From Octopus vulgaris (Eukaryota): 64,000 bases of DNA. Position numbers and translations under genes: made by a program. Of this stretch, positions 13,581-26,207 are shown piece by piece (position 1 is the first letter of the stretch; every line of letters begins with the position of its first letter). The notes beneath the pieces were generated by a model. That model worked only from the letters and a program-made list of their open reading frames with translations. It had not been told where the DNA came from and did no database searches. The stretch lies in assembly GCA_951406725.2 (NCBI GenBank), contig OX597822.1:90582001-90646000 (forward strand), read 5' to 3'.

Positions 13581-14012
13581 GAATCTTTTCAGTTTGAACG
13601 GCAGTTTTTTCTAGCGGTGTCACATGAAATTGTCACCTATAATTATGACCCTAGTATCGATCTATTCATTTCAATCTCTTTTAGGGTTAGGGTTAGTTAG
13701 GGTTAGTGTTAGAGGTCGGGGAAGGGTATCTTTTTTTCTTCACAAATGTAAATAAACCCAATCTGTTTCTTAAACGAGGGACATATTCATACGGCACAGA
13801 ATGTTTTTTTACCTCAATAGATGTCAGTGGTTGGTTGAAATTGCAGAAATTGAAGAAAAAAAACAACAAATATCTTACAAACTATAGAATTTTCTCAATA
13901 TAGCCAAGAGAAAAAGATGGTTTGTAAACACATTCTACCAATATACGAAGTTTAAAATTTTTTAGTTACCTAGAAATTATGTTAAAAACTGCCGTTCAAA
14001 CTGAAAGGATCC
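13581..14012. mobile_element. Second copy of the Merlin-like MITE
   Basis: Same TIRs and body, with a perfect 8-bp TSD aaagtcag (13573-13580 and 14013-14020). Confidence 0.88.
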
Positions 14013-15226
14013 AAAGTCAGTCACTCATGACAATTTTTTTTTGCATGTATGTATAAGTAGCTAAGTAAAATTTACGCTATTACACACTCTCTCTTTCTCT
14101 CTCTCTCTGTCACACATACATACATACAGCAACACACACCTTCTCTCACTTTTTCTCTCTCTCTCTCTCTCTCTCATTCACTGAAAAAAGATGCAAGACA
14201 AGATAAATGAAAAAATGTACGCTGTCACTCTTTCTCTCTCTCTCACATACCCATACAACACACCCTTTCTGTCTCGCACTCCCCCCCCCCCCCCATACAC
14301 ACACACATGTCCATGTCCATTTCCTTTCTCTTTCACTTTATGCTGACTTCAAACAGAATGTACATTTCCACTCACAAAAATAAATAAATGAAATTTTTTT
14401 ATGGAATTTATTGAATGCCCTAAGGTAATAGCTGAGCTGCATGCACACGCCTTTGAGTTAAAATGAAAGATTGCCAAAATGGCAAGATTATTGCCAAAAT
14501 TTCTAAATAATATTTTTATTTTTTTCATTTTTATGATATAATTGCATTAATTAATACAGATGATGTAATTAAATTAACTACAAATTAGTGGTGTCATTGA
14601 TAATCTTTTCCTTACCTCAATGATGCCGGTGACATATATTAAAAGTTCCCTTATAGAACTATATTTTTAAAAAAAGTATAAAACTATATTATCACCCTCA
14701 AATTTGAGAAACAAACACTCATAACTTTTTTCTTTTAAAACTTCATTGCATGAGATTGATATCATGAAATTCCTCGAATTGAACTCTATCATTTAAGCTT
14801 AATTAAAATATAGTTTGTTTTTAAAATAAAAAAGTTGATTATACTTAAATCCAATGTTTTGCCTAATATATTTTTCATATTTTACCTCACAACTTTTTTT
14901 ATACAAATTTTTGTTGCATGGGATCAAAACTATGAAATTCCTCATGCTTTCTTCTATCATTGAAGCTAAGATAAATATATTTTGCTTTTAAAATAAAGAA
15001 AGTTATTTAGATCTAAACTTGATTGGAGGTGTTACTCTCCTAAAATGTTACTACAAATTTCGATGTAAACTTTTTTTCTACTGGACCAAATCTCAATTTT
15101 TTTAATGCCAAAATGTAGCTTGGGACCAGCCCTCTTCAAAAATCTTAGCAGTTTTCAATTTGGTTAAGAATCGAATTAGTGACAAAGCTCTGAAGATGCT
15201 GTGTGTGAGTGAATTGTGGCCTTAAG

Positions 15227-15262
15227 AATATTATTCAACTACTACCGTAGTTGAATAATATT
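15227..15262. other. Perfect 16-bp hairpin, probable terminus of a rolling-circle (Helitron/Helentron-type) non-autonomous element
   Basis: aatattattcaactac-tacc-gtagttgaataatatt. The assignment as an element terminus is inferred. Confidence 0.5.
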
Positions 15263-18200
15263 AGAGTGGAAGATATTTCTGCATGAAGGTTCCATTGACA
15301 GGTAAAATAATTGGAATAACAGTGTTATTTCGATTTTGGGACTTATAGGCATGTTAGCTGGAATAATGAATATTAAGCTTCAGTTGTGTGAATAATTTTC
15401 TTCAGCAGAGGTAGCATTACTGCATTTATAGCTGAATGGAATAAAATACTGAAATACCATAATGTGTTGGTAATTTAACATTTTTTTAACCTTGTGACAT
15501 TTGAAGACTTCATTGGAGCTGGACCACAGTGATATTTAATTTCAGGGACATAAAAGTGCTGAGGAGGCATGCATAGACAGCAGCTGCTGTTGTGGAAAAA
15601 TGCAATGCCTTTTTTTTGTACCCTTACATAATTGGACTAAAGTTCACCTCAACAGTATTTTCTGTCCCCCACTGATTCATTGAAGCCCATTCCCTTGCCT
15701 TTGAGTTTGCTTGTTAGGAACAACATCTTGATCCATTCATGTTCATTGCTAATGAAGAGGCAATTGGCTACTTCTATAAGTGATTTCAGAAATGTTCTTT
15801 CCTGTTCCTTCAATGTGGTGTGTGAACAGTGCTGCTGCTTACACATCATAACAATGTGCATGATGATGGTGAATCCAAATTGGTAGGCATAACTTTAATT
15901 TTTTTTTTTTCATTGAACAAACAGTATAAATAAAACACTGACAAACAACGAAGGAGTACCATCATATGTCCTGAAGGCACAACGACCTACTAGCTTCATA
16001 TTACCCATTAGTTGGTCAACCTTAATGAGACACAAAAGGTCCAATTTGGGAAAACACAACCAGACATCAGAGCCCAAGAGACTTCAAGTCAAGGGAGCAC
16101 TAGAGACATTCAGCCCCTGTTCCTAATAAGCATAGACTTTTAATGGGAATCATAACAGCTCAAAATAGCACCCAACTGTGTAATTTGGGGCTGAGTTGAT
16201 CAACAGGGATGAAACCCAACCTTGGCCAATCCCTGAAGTAATCATTTAAGATAATCCTAGCATGTCCTACGCTACATGCTGGTCCCTAGTTAGCAACACA
16301 GAGAGTCAAAGAACTCAAGGTAATACTACAACAGTTCTAGAATTTCAATATTGTTAGTTGACCTGAGTGTAGCTGGACCAAACTGGCATAGTTAAAACTA
16401 TCTGGCACAGCTCCAACCAGAGACACTTGGCTGAATTTCTTCTCTATGACATTGAGTTCTGGGCAGAAATCACATAGGTGGCAAATTAGCAGAGTCACTA
16501 GAGCATCAAACAGAATGCTTTGTGGTTATTTGTTCTGACTCTCTGCACTTTGAGGTCAACTTTGCCATTCATCTTTTCAGTGTTATTAAAAAAAGTACCA
16601 ATGCAAGGTAGTGGATTAGCAGAACTGTAAGAGCATCCAATTTGATATCTTACTGTATTTGTTTTGACTCTTTTTGTCTGAGTTCAAAGTCTTTCATGGC
16701 CTAGTTTGGTGGTAGACTTAATCCATGGCTCTGTTTAACACCACCATTAAATAACTTGGTTGTTTTTAGTGTAGTTCACTCTGTTGCAAGTATTCTAGCC
16801 AGAGTTTTGGTTTAAGGATACCTTCCTCCTTCCCTCCCATCGACTTGGCAGCACTTTAATGGGTCAAATGCACTGCCTTTTCTCCTGACTAAAAGATAAA
16901 GAAAAAAGTGCAGGATAAAAAATTTCTGATAAGAAATTTTCTTGTGCCTGGGGAGAGTCATTCTGCATTAATATGTAACAAAGGATCTTGCAGACCAGAT
17001 ACAAAAATGGAGATTTATAAGAAATGTTTTCTTTCTATGATGCAACCTTCATAATTTAACCAGAGGATGGCATTGGTCACTAGACAGATGTACAATTCCA
17101 TTCATAAAGTTATAAATTTATCTTCCATAAACTTTCAAATAATATTTTTGCTTACATTTCAAACTAAGTTGTTAATTTGCAATTATTTTTACTTGTGTGT
17201 GTGTGTGTGTATAGCGTCCAATAACACTATACTTGTTCCACGTCCTCGTGTTGTTGTGTTTTCTCTTTGTGTTTTCATCTTTGGATATATATATATATGC
17301 CTTATTTTCTATGATGTAACTTTTGTAAAGTTAACTAAATAAAGCTGCTGAGAAATGAAAATAGAAATCTGTCATAATCTACAACTCACTTTTAAGGATT
17401 TAGTTATTCATTTCATTTACTCTTGGTAACCAAATATATTTTTGTTCATTTCCAGTTTCATTTTCTTTCATTTTTCAATTCTACACGTATGTGTTCTTAA
17501 AACAAAAGATCAGAAGAGACACAAGGACGTTCAGCAAGAAATTGATCAGTTCAAATCTAAAAATTATTTAGTTATGCTGCGCCAAAGTATCAGATGATAC
17601 TTGTGAAGTTGCCTGGCTATTCTGATATTTTGGCATACCTCAAAATGTTTTAGGGAGAAACAGCAGTCTCCTCTGGTGTAAAGCATAACAGAGATGGGTT
17701 TTTCACTTTAGAATGATATGGGTGGAATTGAAAATGAAAGACAATGAAGCCAAGAATATACAAAAAATAAACTTTGTTATCCTGAATAAGCAAAGCGAAT
17801 AAATAAATACTTAAAAGACTTGTTTTCATTTCTCATTAGCATGATTACCTTTTGAAGGTAGTATAATAAAAAATGAAATTTTTCTTATGAAATTCTATAT
17901 GTAAAAGTAATTGCAAATTGTTAAACTCATTTCCAAAAATAAACAAAAATAAATTCCTCAACTATAAATTTTCAAATAATATTTTTGTTCACTTTTCAAA
18001 ATAAATTTTTTTCAATTTGCAATTTCTTTTACATGTGTCTGTGAATATATATATATGTAAAGTAACTGCAAATAAATAAGACCATCGTCTATCTTTCTTT
18101 TCCTCACGTAACCATATTTCTTTTCCTGCACATACGTTTAAACAAACAGACGTGTTTTTTTCTCTCTCTTCAATATTTTCACTTTTCAAAAAAAAAATTT

Positions 18201-18561
18201 TTCTCTCAGTGTTCACTATTTTCCTCTCATTCTGGTCTAATGACCCACCACGTTTGTTTTCATTTGCTTTCCTTGTTTGTCTTCACTGTCATATTTTTGT
18301 TTTCGACTTTGACCCTCCATAAATCCTAAATTTTGTTTTAGAATTTGTAGGAGCAACTGTCTTTGAAGACTCATTTTATCGTTGAATGCTCAAAATGAGG
18401 AGTAGACAGACAGTCGACAACTGATGAAGGGTCATTTCCCTGTGTTTACTTGTCCTGTTTTCCATTTTTTTTCCTTGTTGTTTGCATATTTTGCTCGTTT
18501 TCCCTCATTTGTTTACGTATTTCATGTTATTTGCACTGTTGGTGACATCCTGTACGCATGT

Positions 18562-18594
<33 letters not shown>

Positions 18595-19270
18595 ACGGGA
18601 AGGTTTACAAAAATAAACAAAAGATGAAGGCAGGTGGAGTACAAACAAACAAATGTATTGGTATGCCGCTCAGGAATAGAAATCAAACAAGTCCTTTACG
18701 TTTCGAGCCTATGCTCTTCGACAGAAAGATACACAGAAAAGAAACAAGGAGAGATAAAAATGCATGTAGGGGCTAACGGTCTATCATGGCGTTCTGACTT
18801 CAGGCAGAGGTTAGAGGTCAGAGGTCAGACGTTAGACGCTAGAGGGATAGTAGGGGAGATAACAGGGTCAAGTGACTTCCAAAACGAAGGTGGCCCCAAC
18901 ACGAAGGTGCGTGTGTGTATAAGAGAGTATGTATGTGCATGTGAAAGAGGGCTGGTGGTCTGGACGTGTGTATGTATGTGTGGGTGTGGAGATATGGGGA
19001 TGGGTGTATGGGTGGTGTGTTGTGATGTGATGTGTAATGTCGTATGGTGTAGTGTAGTGTGGTGTGATGTTGTGGGGAGGTGGGGGAGAGAGTGGGGAAA
19101 GCCCATGTGGGGTGAGGGTTCGGCTGGGGGTTGGGGTAGAGTGGGGGTTGTGGGGAGAGTAAGAGGGGAAGAGAAGATAGAGGAGGGGAGGAGGGGGAGG
19201 AGGAGGAGTAATACCTGTTGCTGATTGGGTAATTAGTTTTTCTGTTTCTCAGGAGCCACATTCAAACTAT
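18595..19270 (-). mobile_element. Penelope-like / retrozyme-like insert between (TA)n tracts, carrying a hammerhead-like motif
   Basis: Related fragments occur at 41105-41175 and 43644-43757. Minus-strand motif CTGTCGA-A-GAGC-atag-GCTC-GAAAC-GTA. Confidence 0.5.
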
Positions 19271-19297
19271 TATTATATATATAAATTTACTCCACCT

Positions 19298-20449
19298 GTA
19301 TGTGTGCAAGAGAAACGTTTGCGCTGGTATGGTCATGTGACGAGAATGGCTGAGGATAGTTGTGTGCGAAAGTGCCACACCCTAGCAGTTGAGGGAACCT
19401 GTGGAAGAGGTAGACCCAGGAAAACCTGGGACAAGGTGGTGAAGCATGACCTTCGAACTTTAGGTCTCACCAAGGAAATGACTAGAGATCGAGACCTATG
19501 GAAGTATGCTGTGCATGAGAAGACCCGGCAAGACCAGTGAGAACATAACCTGTGACCTACATACCTTTCCTTCTTGGGACACAAAACTCCACTTGTGAAG
19601 ACCCGTTGAGATAAGTGAAAATCAAATCAAATCAAAATCTAAATCAAACCAAATCAAATCGGGACACAAAACTCCACTTGTGAAGACCCGTTGAGACAAG
19701 TGAAAATCAAATCAAATCAAAATCTAAATCAAACCAAATCAAATCGGGACACAAAACTCCACTTGTGAAGACCCGTTGAGATAAGTGAAAATCAAATCAA
19801 ATCAAAATCAAAATCAAACCAAATCAAATCGGGACACAAAACTCCACTTGTGAAGACCCGTTGAGACAAGTGAAAATCAAATCAAATCAAAATCAAAATC
19901 AAAATCAAACCAAATCAAATCGGGACACAAAACTCCACTTGTGAAGACCCGTTGCGACAAGTGAAAATCAAATCAAATCAAAATCAAAATCAAAATCAAA
20001 CCAAATCAAATCAGATATCAGAAAGCAGAAGCAAAATCGAAGTTGATCAACATCAATGGAAATTGCAGCTGTGGTTAAGCGAACCATCCAATCGTAGCCG
20101 TTGCCAGCGCTGCCTCCGTGCCAGTGGCACGTAAAAGCACCATCTGTTCGTGTCTGTTGCCAGCCTTGCCTGGCCCCGTGCCGGTGGCACGTAAAAACAC
20201 CATCCGTTCGTGGCACGTAAAAGCACCATCCGTTCGTGGCCGTTTGCCAGCTCCGTCTGGCACCTGTGCGGGTGGCACGTAAAAAGCACCCACTACACTC
20301 ACGGAGTGGTTGGCGTTAGGAAGGGCATCCAGCCGTAGAAACACTGCCAGATCAGACTGGGCCTGGCACAGCCTTCTGGCTTCACAGACCCCAGTTGAAC
20401 CGTCCAACCCATGCTAGCATGGAAAGCGGACGCTAAATGATGATGATGA
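19298..20449 (+). mobile_element. RTE-type LINE 3' end with an internal tandem amplification
   Basis: ORF '[53 protein letters not shown]', followed by the 3' UTR and a (GAT)n tail. Confidence 0.9.
19576..20013 (+). repeat. Five tandem copies of an 85-91 bp unit
   Basis: 'gggacacaaaactccacttgtgaagacccgttg..' starts at 19576, 19661, 19746, 19831 and 19922. Confidence 0.95.
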
Positions 20450-20540
20450 AAAATATGTAATAAATGAAATAGAAAAAAGATCAATTTCATACCTGAACCT
20501 CCTGTTTGTGTGTATTTTGTTAGAGAAAAACATGTAATAA

Positions 20541-22235
20541 CACTGAACAACAAAGATTTTGCTACTGGGGTAAAAGCAGGTGTTATAGACTAAATTGAGG
20601 ATGCTGATTCCAATTCCACCCTCAGAATTGTTCTAACATGTCAGGATTTTTAGTTATGTGCATGCGCAAGATTATAACTGCACTTTCAGCTAGATATAAG
20701 CTGTATTATAAAATTTGCTAAAATGAAAGCGGTCCTTAATTCAAAATTAAAGAAATAAGAGCAATAAAACAAACAACGATGAGAAGGTTCATTATTTAGT
20801 TTAGCAATTGTGTGTAAGCGCCAAATACGTCGGTTTGTTCTTGATAACTCTCAGTGTCGTTTGCACTGCAGCCATGTGTGGTATGTGTATCTCTCGCTCT
20901 GCGTGATTACTGTTTTAACTGTGTTCATTGCATTAGATCATGAATAGGAGAGGCAGTGTGCATCACCCAGACAAATTTTGTTATGTCTGTGGAAAATTTA
21001 CTCCACATGACCAGCAGTAGAACATTGCAACCAAATTAAAAATTGCCTATAAATATTATTTTGGGTGTAAAGTTGGGTACCAAGACAAGAGGTGGGTACT
21101 TCATATATGCTGCACTGTGCGTTACTCAGGGCTTATACAGTGGCTGAATGGAAAATGGAAGGGAATGCCTTTTGCTGTACCAGTGGTATGGCATGATCCA
21201 ACCAATCATGTCTCTGATTGTTACTTTTGCATGATTGATATTAGTGGTTTCTCAAAAGAGATGAAAGCAAAAATTATGCATGCAGATTGTAAGTCAGCTC
21301 TAAAACCAGTCCCACATGACTTTGAGAACCCTGTCCCAGTTCCCCTCTCAGATGCTTTACTTGAAAATTATAACATGTCACACGATGAATCCTCTGACTC
21401 TCCTACTGATGAAGTGTATGTAGGTGATTCTAACAAAAAATGAGCCAGGCTAGTTTAATCAAGGAGATTTGAATGATCTAGTAAGAGACCTAGCATTGTC
21501 AAAGGAGAAGGCAAAAGCTTTGGGATCCAAACTACAACAACGGAATCTCCTACAGCAAAATACGAAAATTTCCATTTTCCATTCTTGCCATAAAGGCTTA
21601 TTTTTCTTTTTCAAGCAAGAAAATAATGCTTGTTTCTGTACTGACGTTAATGCACTCATGCAAAAACTAGGACACGTGCATGTGGCTAACAAATGGAGAT
21701 TGTTTATAGACTCGAGTAAGGTTAGCCTCAAAGCTATGATGTCTAATAATGGTAATGAAAAACTTTCCATTCTTGTGGGTCATGTCGGTATGGAAGAAAC
21801 TTATGAATTGATGGAACACTTCCTGAAAAGAGTTAATTACTCAGTTCACAAGTGGAATATTTGTGGTTATTTAAAGGTAATTTCCCTCCTCCTAGGACTG
21901 CAGTTGGGATATACCAAAAATATGTGCTTCTTGTGCAGTTGGAACAGCTGCAATGACAGCAATCGTTACACTGTAAAAGACTGGCTTAAAAGAGATGAGT
22001 GCATAGTTGGTCGGCACGATGTGCAGCATATGCCACTGGTAGATCCATAAAAGACCTTCCTTCACATCAAACTCAGCCTCATGAAAACCTTCATAAAAGC
22101 AATGACACACGATGGTTGTGGCTTCCTGTACCTAAAAGTAAAATTTGGTTCAGAGAAAAGTGACATAAAACTGAAAGCAGGCATTTTCATTAGACCCCGA
22201 GATCAGAGAATTGATATCTGATAGCAAATTCAGAG
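20541..22235 (+). mobile_element. 3'-truncated Chapaev3-type DNA transposon (transposase pseudogene from ATG 20940)
   Basis: The left end is CACTG preceded by taa. Protein motifs: 'FCYVCG', 'YFGCKVG.QDK.W..HICC', 'FAVPVVWHDPTNHVSDCYFC', 'WRLFIDSSK.SLKA', 'WNICG.LKV..LLGLQLGYTKNMCFLC', 'LHIKL.LMK'. In-frame stops and frameshifts are present. The family assignment is from recollection of the motifs. Confidence 0.75.
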
Positions 22236-22800
22236 GTAAATTGATGGAAGTTTATACTGATTTACTTTCTAAGGGAAATTTACTTGCCATTGAAACTCAT
22301 GGATTATACTGGTTTACTTACAATGGGAAATTTGTTATGGAAACAGACAGCAGCTATTACTTCTGAAATGTCAATAACAAAGGCTTCTGATTGGCTAAAA
22401 TTTGCAAAAAATTCAACTTTTAAAGGTTTATAACATTTTAATGCAAAACAACATCAGTGAATCAGTCACAGCAAACCAAAAGTCAGAGATCTGGTATGTT
22501 ATTTTATTGACCCTGGAGAAATTTAAGAAAAAGTTGACCACCATGGTAGGTGTGCTCAGAATGTTAGGAACCACAACAGAAATCAATAAATATTACATTT
22601 AGTAATTTACTTTTATGAATTTACCTATTTGGTTTGCTTACTCAGCATAACCAATTTAACTTTTGTACATTCCAGTTTCATTTTTAATCTTGTACTTATA
22701 GGGCCCTCAAGCAAAAAAATCACCTGCTAGTGTAGCATCTATGCAATTGTGTTAATTGCTGGAAATCACAGCTATATCTTTCTCCTCCAATACCCTCCCA

Positions 22801-23222
22801 GGATCTTTTTGGTTTGAACGGCAGTTTTTTCCAGCGGTGTCATATGAAATTATCACCCATAATTATGACCCTAGTATCAATCTATTGCATTTCAATCTCT
22901 TTTAGGGTTAGGGTTGGTTAGGGGTGGGGGAAGGGTATCTTTTTTTCTTCACAAATGTAAATAAACCCAATCTGTTTCTTAAATGAGGGACATATTCATA
23001 CGGCACAGAATGCTTTTTAACTCAATAGATATCGCTGATTGGTTGAAATTGCAGAAATTGAAGAAAAAAAAAACAACAAATATCTTACAAACTATAGAAT
23101 TTTCTCAATAAAGCCAAGAGAAAAAGATGTTTTATAAACACATTCTACCAGTATACGAAGTTTAAAATTTTTTAGTTGCCTAGAAATTATGTTAAAAACT
23201 GCTGTTCAAACCGAAAAAATCC
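22801..23222. mobile_element. Third copy of the Merlin-like MITE
   Basis: Same TIRs and body; TSD ccctccca / cccttcca. Confidence 0.85.
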
Positions 23223-24190
23223 CCCTTCCATATTAATTCAAACACTGAATAAGAAGAATGATACAAAAAAAAAGAAAACACAATTACACCCCCACCTCTA
23301 AACACGAAGATGAACAACAGTAACAACAAAAATAATTGTGCAAAGATATTTTCCACAGTGTAAAAAAATGAAAAAAAAAGGAACCCTTTTGGGTAGCTGC
23401 CAAACAGAGATAGCTAGTTTGATAAAGTGAAAGTGGCACATTACAATTAAAGCTTGCTGTACTTCTAAAATTAAAAAAATTAATTAATGCATACTACTAA
23501 AGAAGAAACCATCTTGGATTACTTGCATATGAACATCTCTAGTGTAGTGAATTTTCTGAAGAGAATGAGGTTAAATAATCCTGTTGCTACTGTTTCTTTA
23601 ATATTTATTAGAGTCAATTCACTGACATTTTTTGGTTTATGATCACAAACGGAAACTGGAAGTAAAAGAAGAAAAATCATAAATCACTGTAAAATCTCCA
23701 CAAATCAAAAGCGAATGGATATTATCATCTATCTGTATGATATGTGTACAATAATATAGTCTGAATGATTTAGTATGAAAAGTCCGAATGTTTGTTTATG
23801 AATGAGGGTTTTTTTATGAACAAAAATTTGCTGGGTAATAATGTTTTATGCAAATCAAAAGCTGCATGAATGTGTTGTTTTCATGATTTCTGCACCAATG
23901 CCCCACATGTTGCAAAGGGGAGTTGCTGACTGCTATTCATGCTTGAAAATTCATGGAAATTTACAATTTCCTCTTTCACTTCTGGTTTCAGTTTTATTTT
24001 TTATTGTAAACCAAAAGAGTATCAATTCATTATTTTTTGATAAGGAAAACTACAAAGTCCCAGTATTTTCCAGGCAAGTGCTTGCTTAGCACTGCAGTCT
24101 TCATGACATATCAACAGGTCTCTATTGGCCTTGTTTCCAGAGGTATACAGAAAAGCTGCTACTGTTTACATTTCTTGCTGTCATATTACG

Positions 24191-24587
24191 TACTCTTTTA
24201 CTTGTTTCAGTCATTTGACTGCGGCCATGCTGGAGCACCGCCTTTAGTCGAGCAAATCGACCCCGGGACTTATTCTTTGTAAGCCCAGTACTTATTCTAT
24301 CGGTCTGCCGAACCGCTAAGTGACGGGGGACGTAAACACGCCAGCATCGGTTGTCAAGCAATGCTAAGGGGACAAACATATACACACACATACATACACA
24401 TATATATATATATGTACATATATACGACAGTCTTCTTTCAGTTTCCGTCTACCAAATCCACTCACAAAGCATTGGTCAGCCCGGGGCTATAGCAGAAGAC
24501 ACTTGCCCAAGATGCCACGCAGTGGGACTGAACCCGAAACCATGTGGTTGGTTAGCAAGCTACTTACCACACAGCCACTCCTGCGCC
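24191..24587 (-). mobile_element. Full-length tRNA-derived SINE family A
   Basis: Minus-strand head 'ggcgcaggagtggctgtgtggtaag..gggttcagtccc' (pol III A/B-box-like), then 'cttgggcaagtgt', an internal TA/TG microsatellite and an (aaaagagt)n tail. Confidence 0.9.
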
Positions 24588-25120
24588 TATATCTATATCT
24601 GGTGTCAGTACTCATTTTAATCTTGTTTTACTGATTGAGCGATCTATTATCTTTACCTTTTATTACATTGAATATTGCTTTTACTGTGACCTTGCTTTAG
24701 CATATCAGCTAGTAGGATAGGTTTGATAGATAACTGATTCTTCAGCTATGGGCAGGCAACCGTTGTGGAGCCTTTGAATAATGACCATTCAAACATGATT
24801 TAGTCATATAATGTTTGATTGCACAGAAGTGCCAAACAATTTCAAATTTTGAGCCTAAAAACTGCTTGCATCTTGTCTTATGGATGGAAAATATCACAAG
24901 TAGACTTCAGTCTGAAATCAAGCACTAGGTTATCTTTTTTAAATGAAAGCTTGGTGACTGGATATTTTAGTGGGCTATCCTTATGCATTTTCTTCCAAGT
25001 TAATCAGTGTGTCTCCATGTGGTAAGTAGGGATCATTCTCCATATGCTGCAAGTTACCCCAACATAAACAGCATTAAACAATTGTTTGAGTAAAGAGGCA
25101 TTTGTATGTATTTAAATATA

Positions 25121-25354
25121 TGTTTCTTTATTACCCACAAGGGGCTAAACACAGAGGGGATAAACAAGGACAGACAAAGGGATTAAGTCAATTACATCGA
25201 CCCCAGTGCGTAACTGGTACTTAATTTATCGACCCCGAAAGGATGAAAGGCAAAGTTGACCTCGGCGGAATTTGAACTCGGAACATAACGACAGACGAAA
25301 TACGGCCACGCATTTCGCCCGGCGTGCTAACGGTTCTGCCAGCTCGCTGCCTTA
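25121..25354 (-). mobile_element. tRNA-derived SINE family B (Meta-like core) with a 16-bp TSD
   Basis: Core 'gcctttcatcctttcggggtcgataaattaagtacc'; TSD tatgtatttaaatata at 25105-25120 and 25355-25370. Confidence 0.9.
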
Positions 25355-25987
25355 TATGTATTTAAATATAATGATTACTACTCAAAATACATGATACTTA
25401 GTACAAACTATGTTTATGGGTGTAGCAATCTGTGTTCTGCATTAACAAATGAATAATTGGAAATTTAAATATCAAAGTAGGTCACTAATATAATTGAGAA
25501 GTGGACTTAGTTGCCAAAGATTATCTACCTTCTATATTTAAATGTGAGGTGTGTATGTGTTCAGAATTTACAAAATAAATACCTCCAAGACCATATTCAC
25601 TATCTCAGAGTATTTATTTTATTTTGCAAAATATTATCTCACACCACACTCTACTGTTGTCAACAAAAAAAAAAAAAAAATCAGAGAAAGACAGAAAGTT
25701 AGAATAGAATTGTAGAGGTAAACTTTCTCTCCCTCTCTGAAATAATGGGAGAAAGAGAAATAGAGAGGAGGGAGAGAGAGAAAGAGATGAAGAGAAAGAA
25801 AGAGAGAACATAAGAGACACACTAAGAAAGAGAAAGAGAGAGCATGAGAGACATATGAAGAGAGAGATAGATAGATAGAGAGAGAGAGTGAGGGAGGGAG
25901 GAGAGTGTTGTTGGCTAGAATAGCAGCTCCCTCTGTTGGGTTAATGCAGGAAAGACTCACTTTCTCCTTTGCATTTTCCATATTTAA

Positions 25988-26207
25988 CCCTTTCGTTACT
26001 GTATTTATTTTGAGATGCTCTGTGTTTCTTTCAACTATTTTAAATATAACAAAGAATTTAATAAAATAACTTAATTATCATTAATCTAGTATTAGGAATG
26101 TAAATTGTGACTAAGGTTTGGTGGAATACTTTATTTCAAAACTTATGAAAACAAGACATTTTACCACAGAGCCAGAGCTGGTTTTGGTCGGGTTAGTAAC
26201 AAAAGGG
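25988..26207. mobile_element. piggyBac-type MITE
   Basis: TTAA|CCCTTTCGTTAC...GTAACAAAAGGG|TTAA; homologous to the copies at 37759 and 57429. Confidence 0.85.

Noticed and set aside
14611-14640. Possible minus-strand micro-exon ATGTCACCGGCATCATTGAG|gtaagg
   Set aside because: It lies in repeat-like context and no compatible downstream exon could be found.
18421-18445. CTGATGA-AGGG hammerhead-like start
   Set aside because: No GAAA or stem III follows; at most a broken Penelope-like tail.
19576-20013. Regularly spaced repeat array resembling CRISPR
   Set aside because: The 'spacers' are near-identical (aaatc)n tracts, the context is a eukaryotic LINE UTR, and there are no cas genes.
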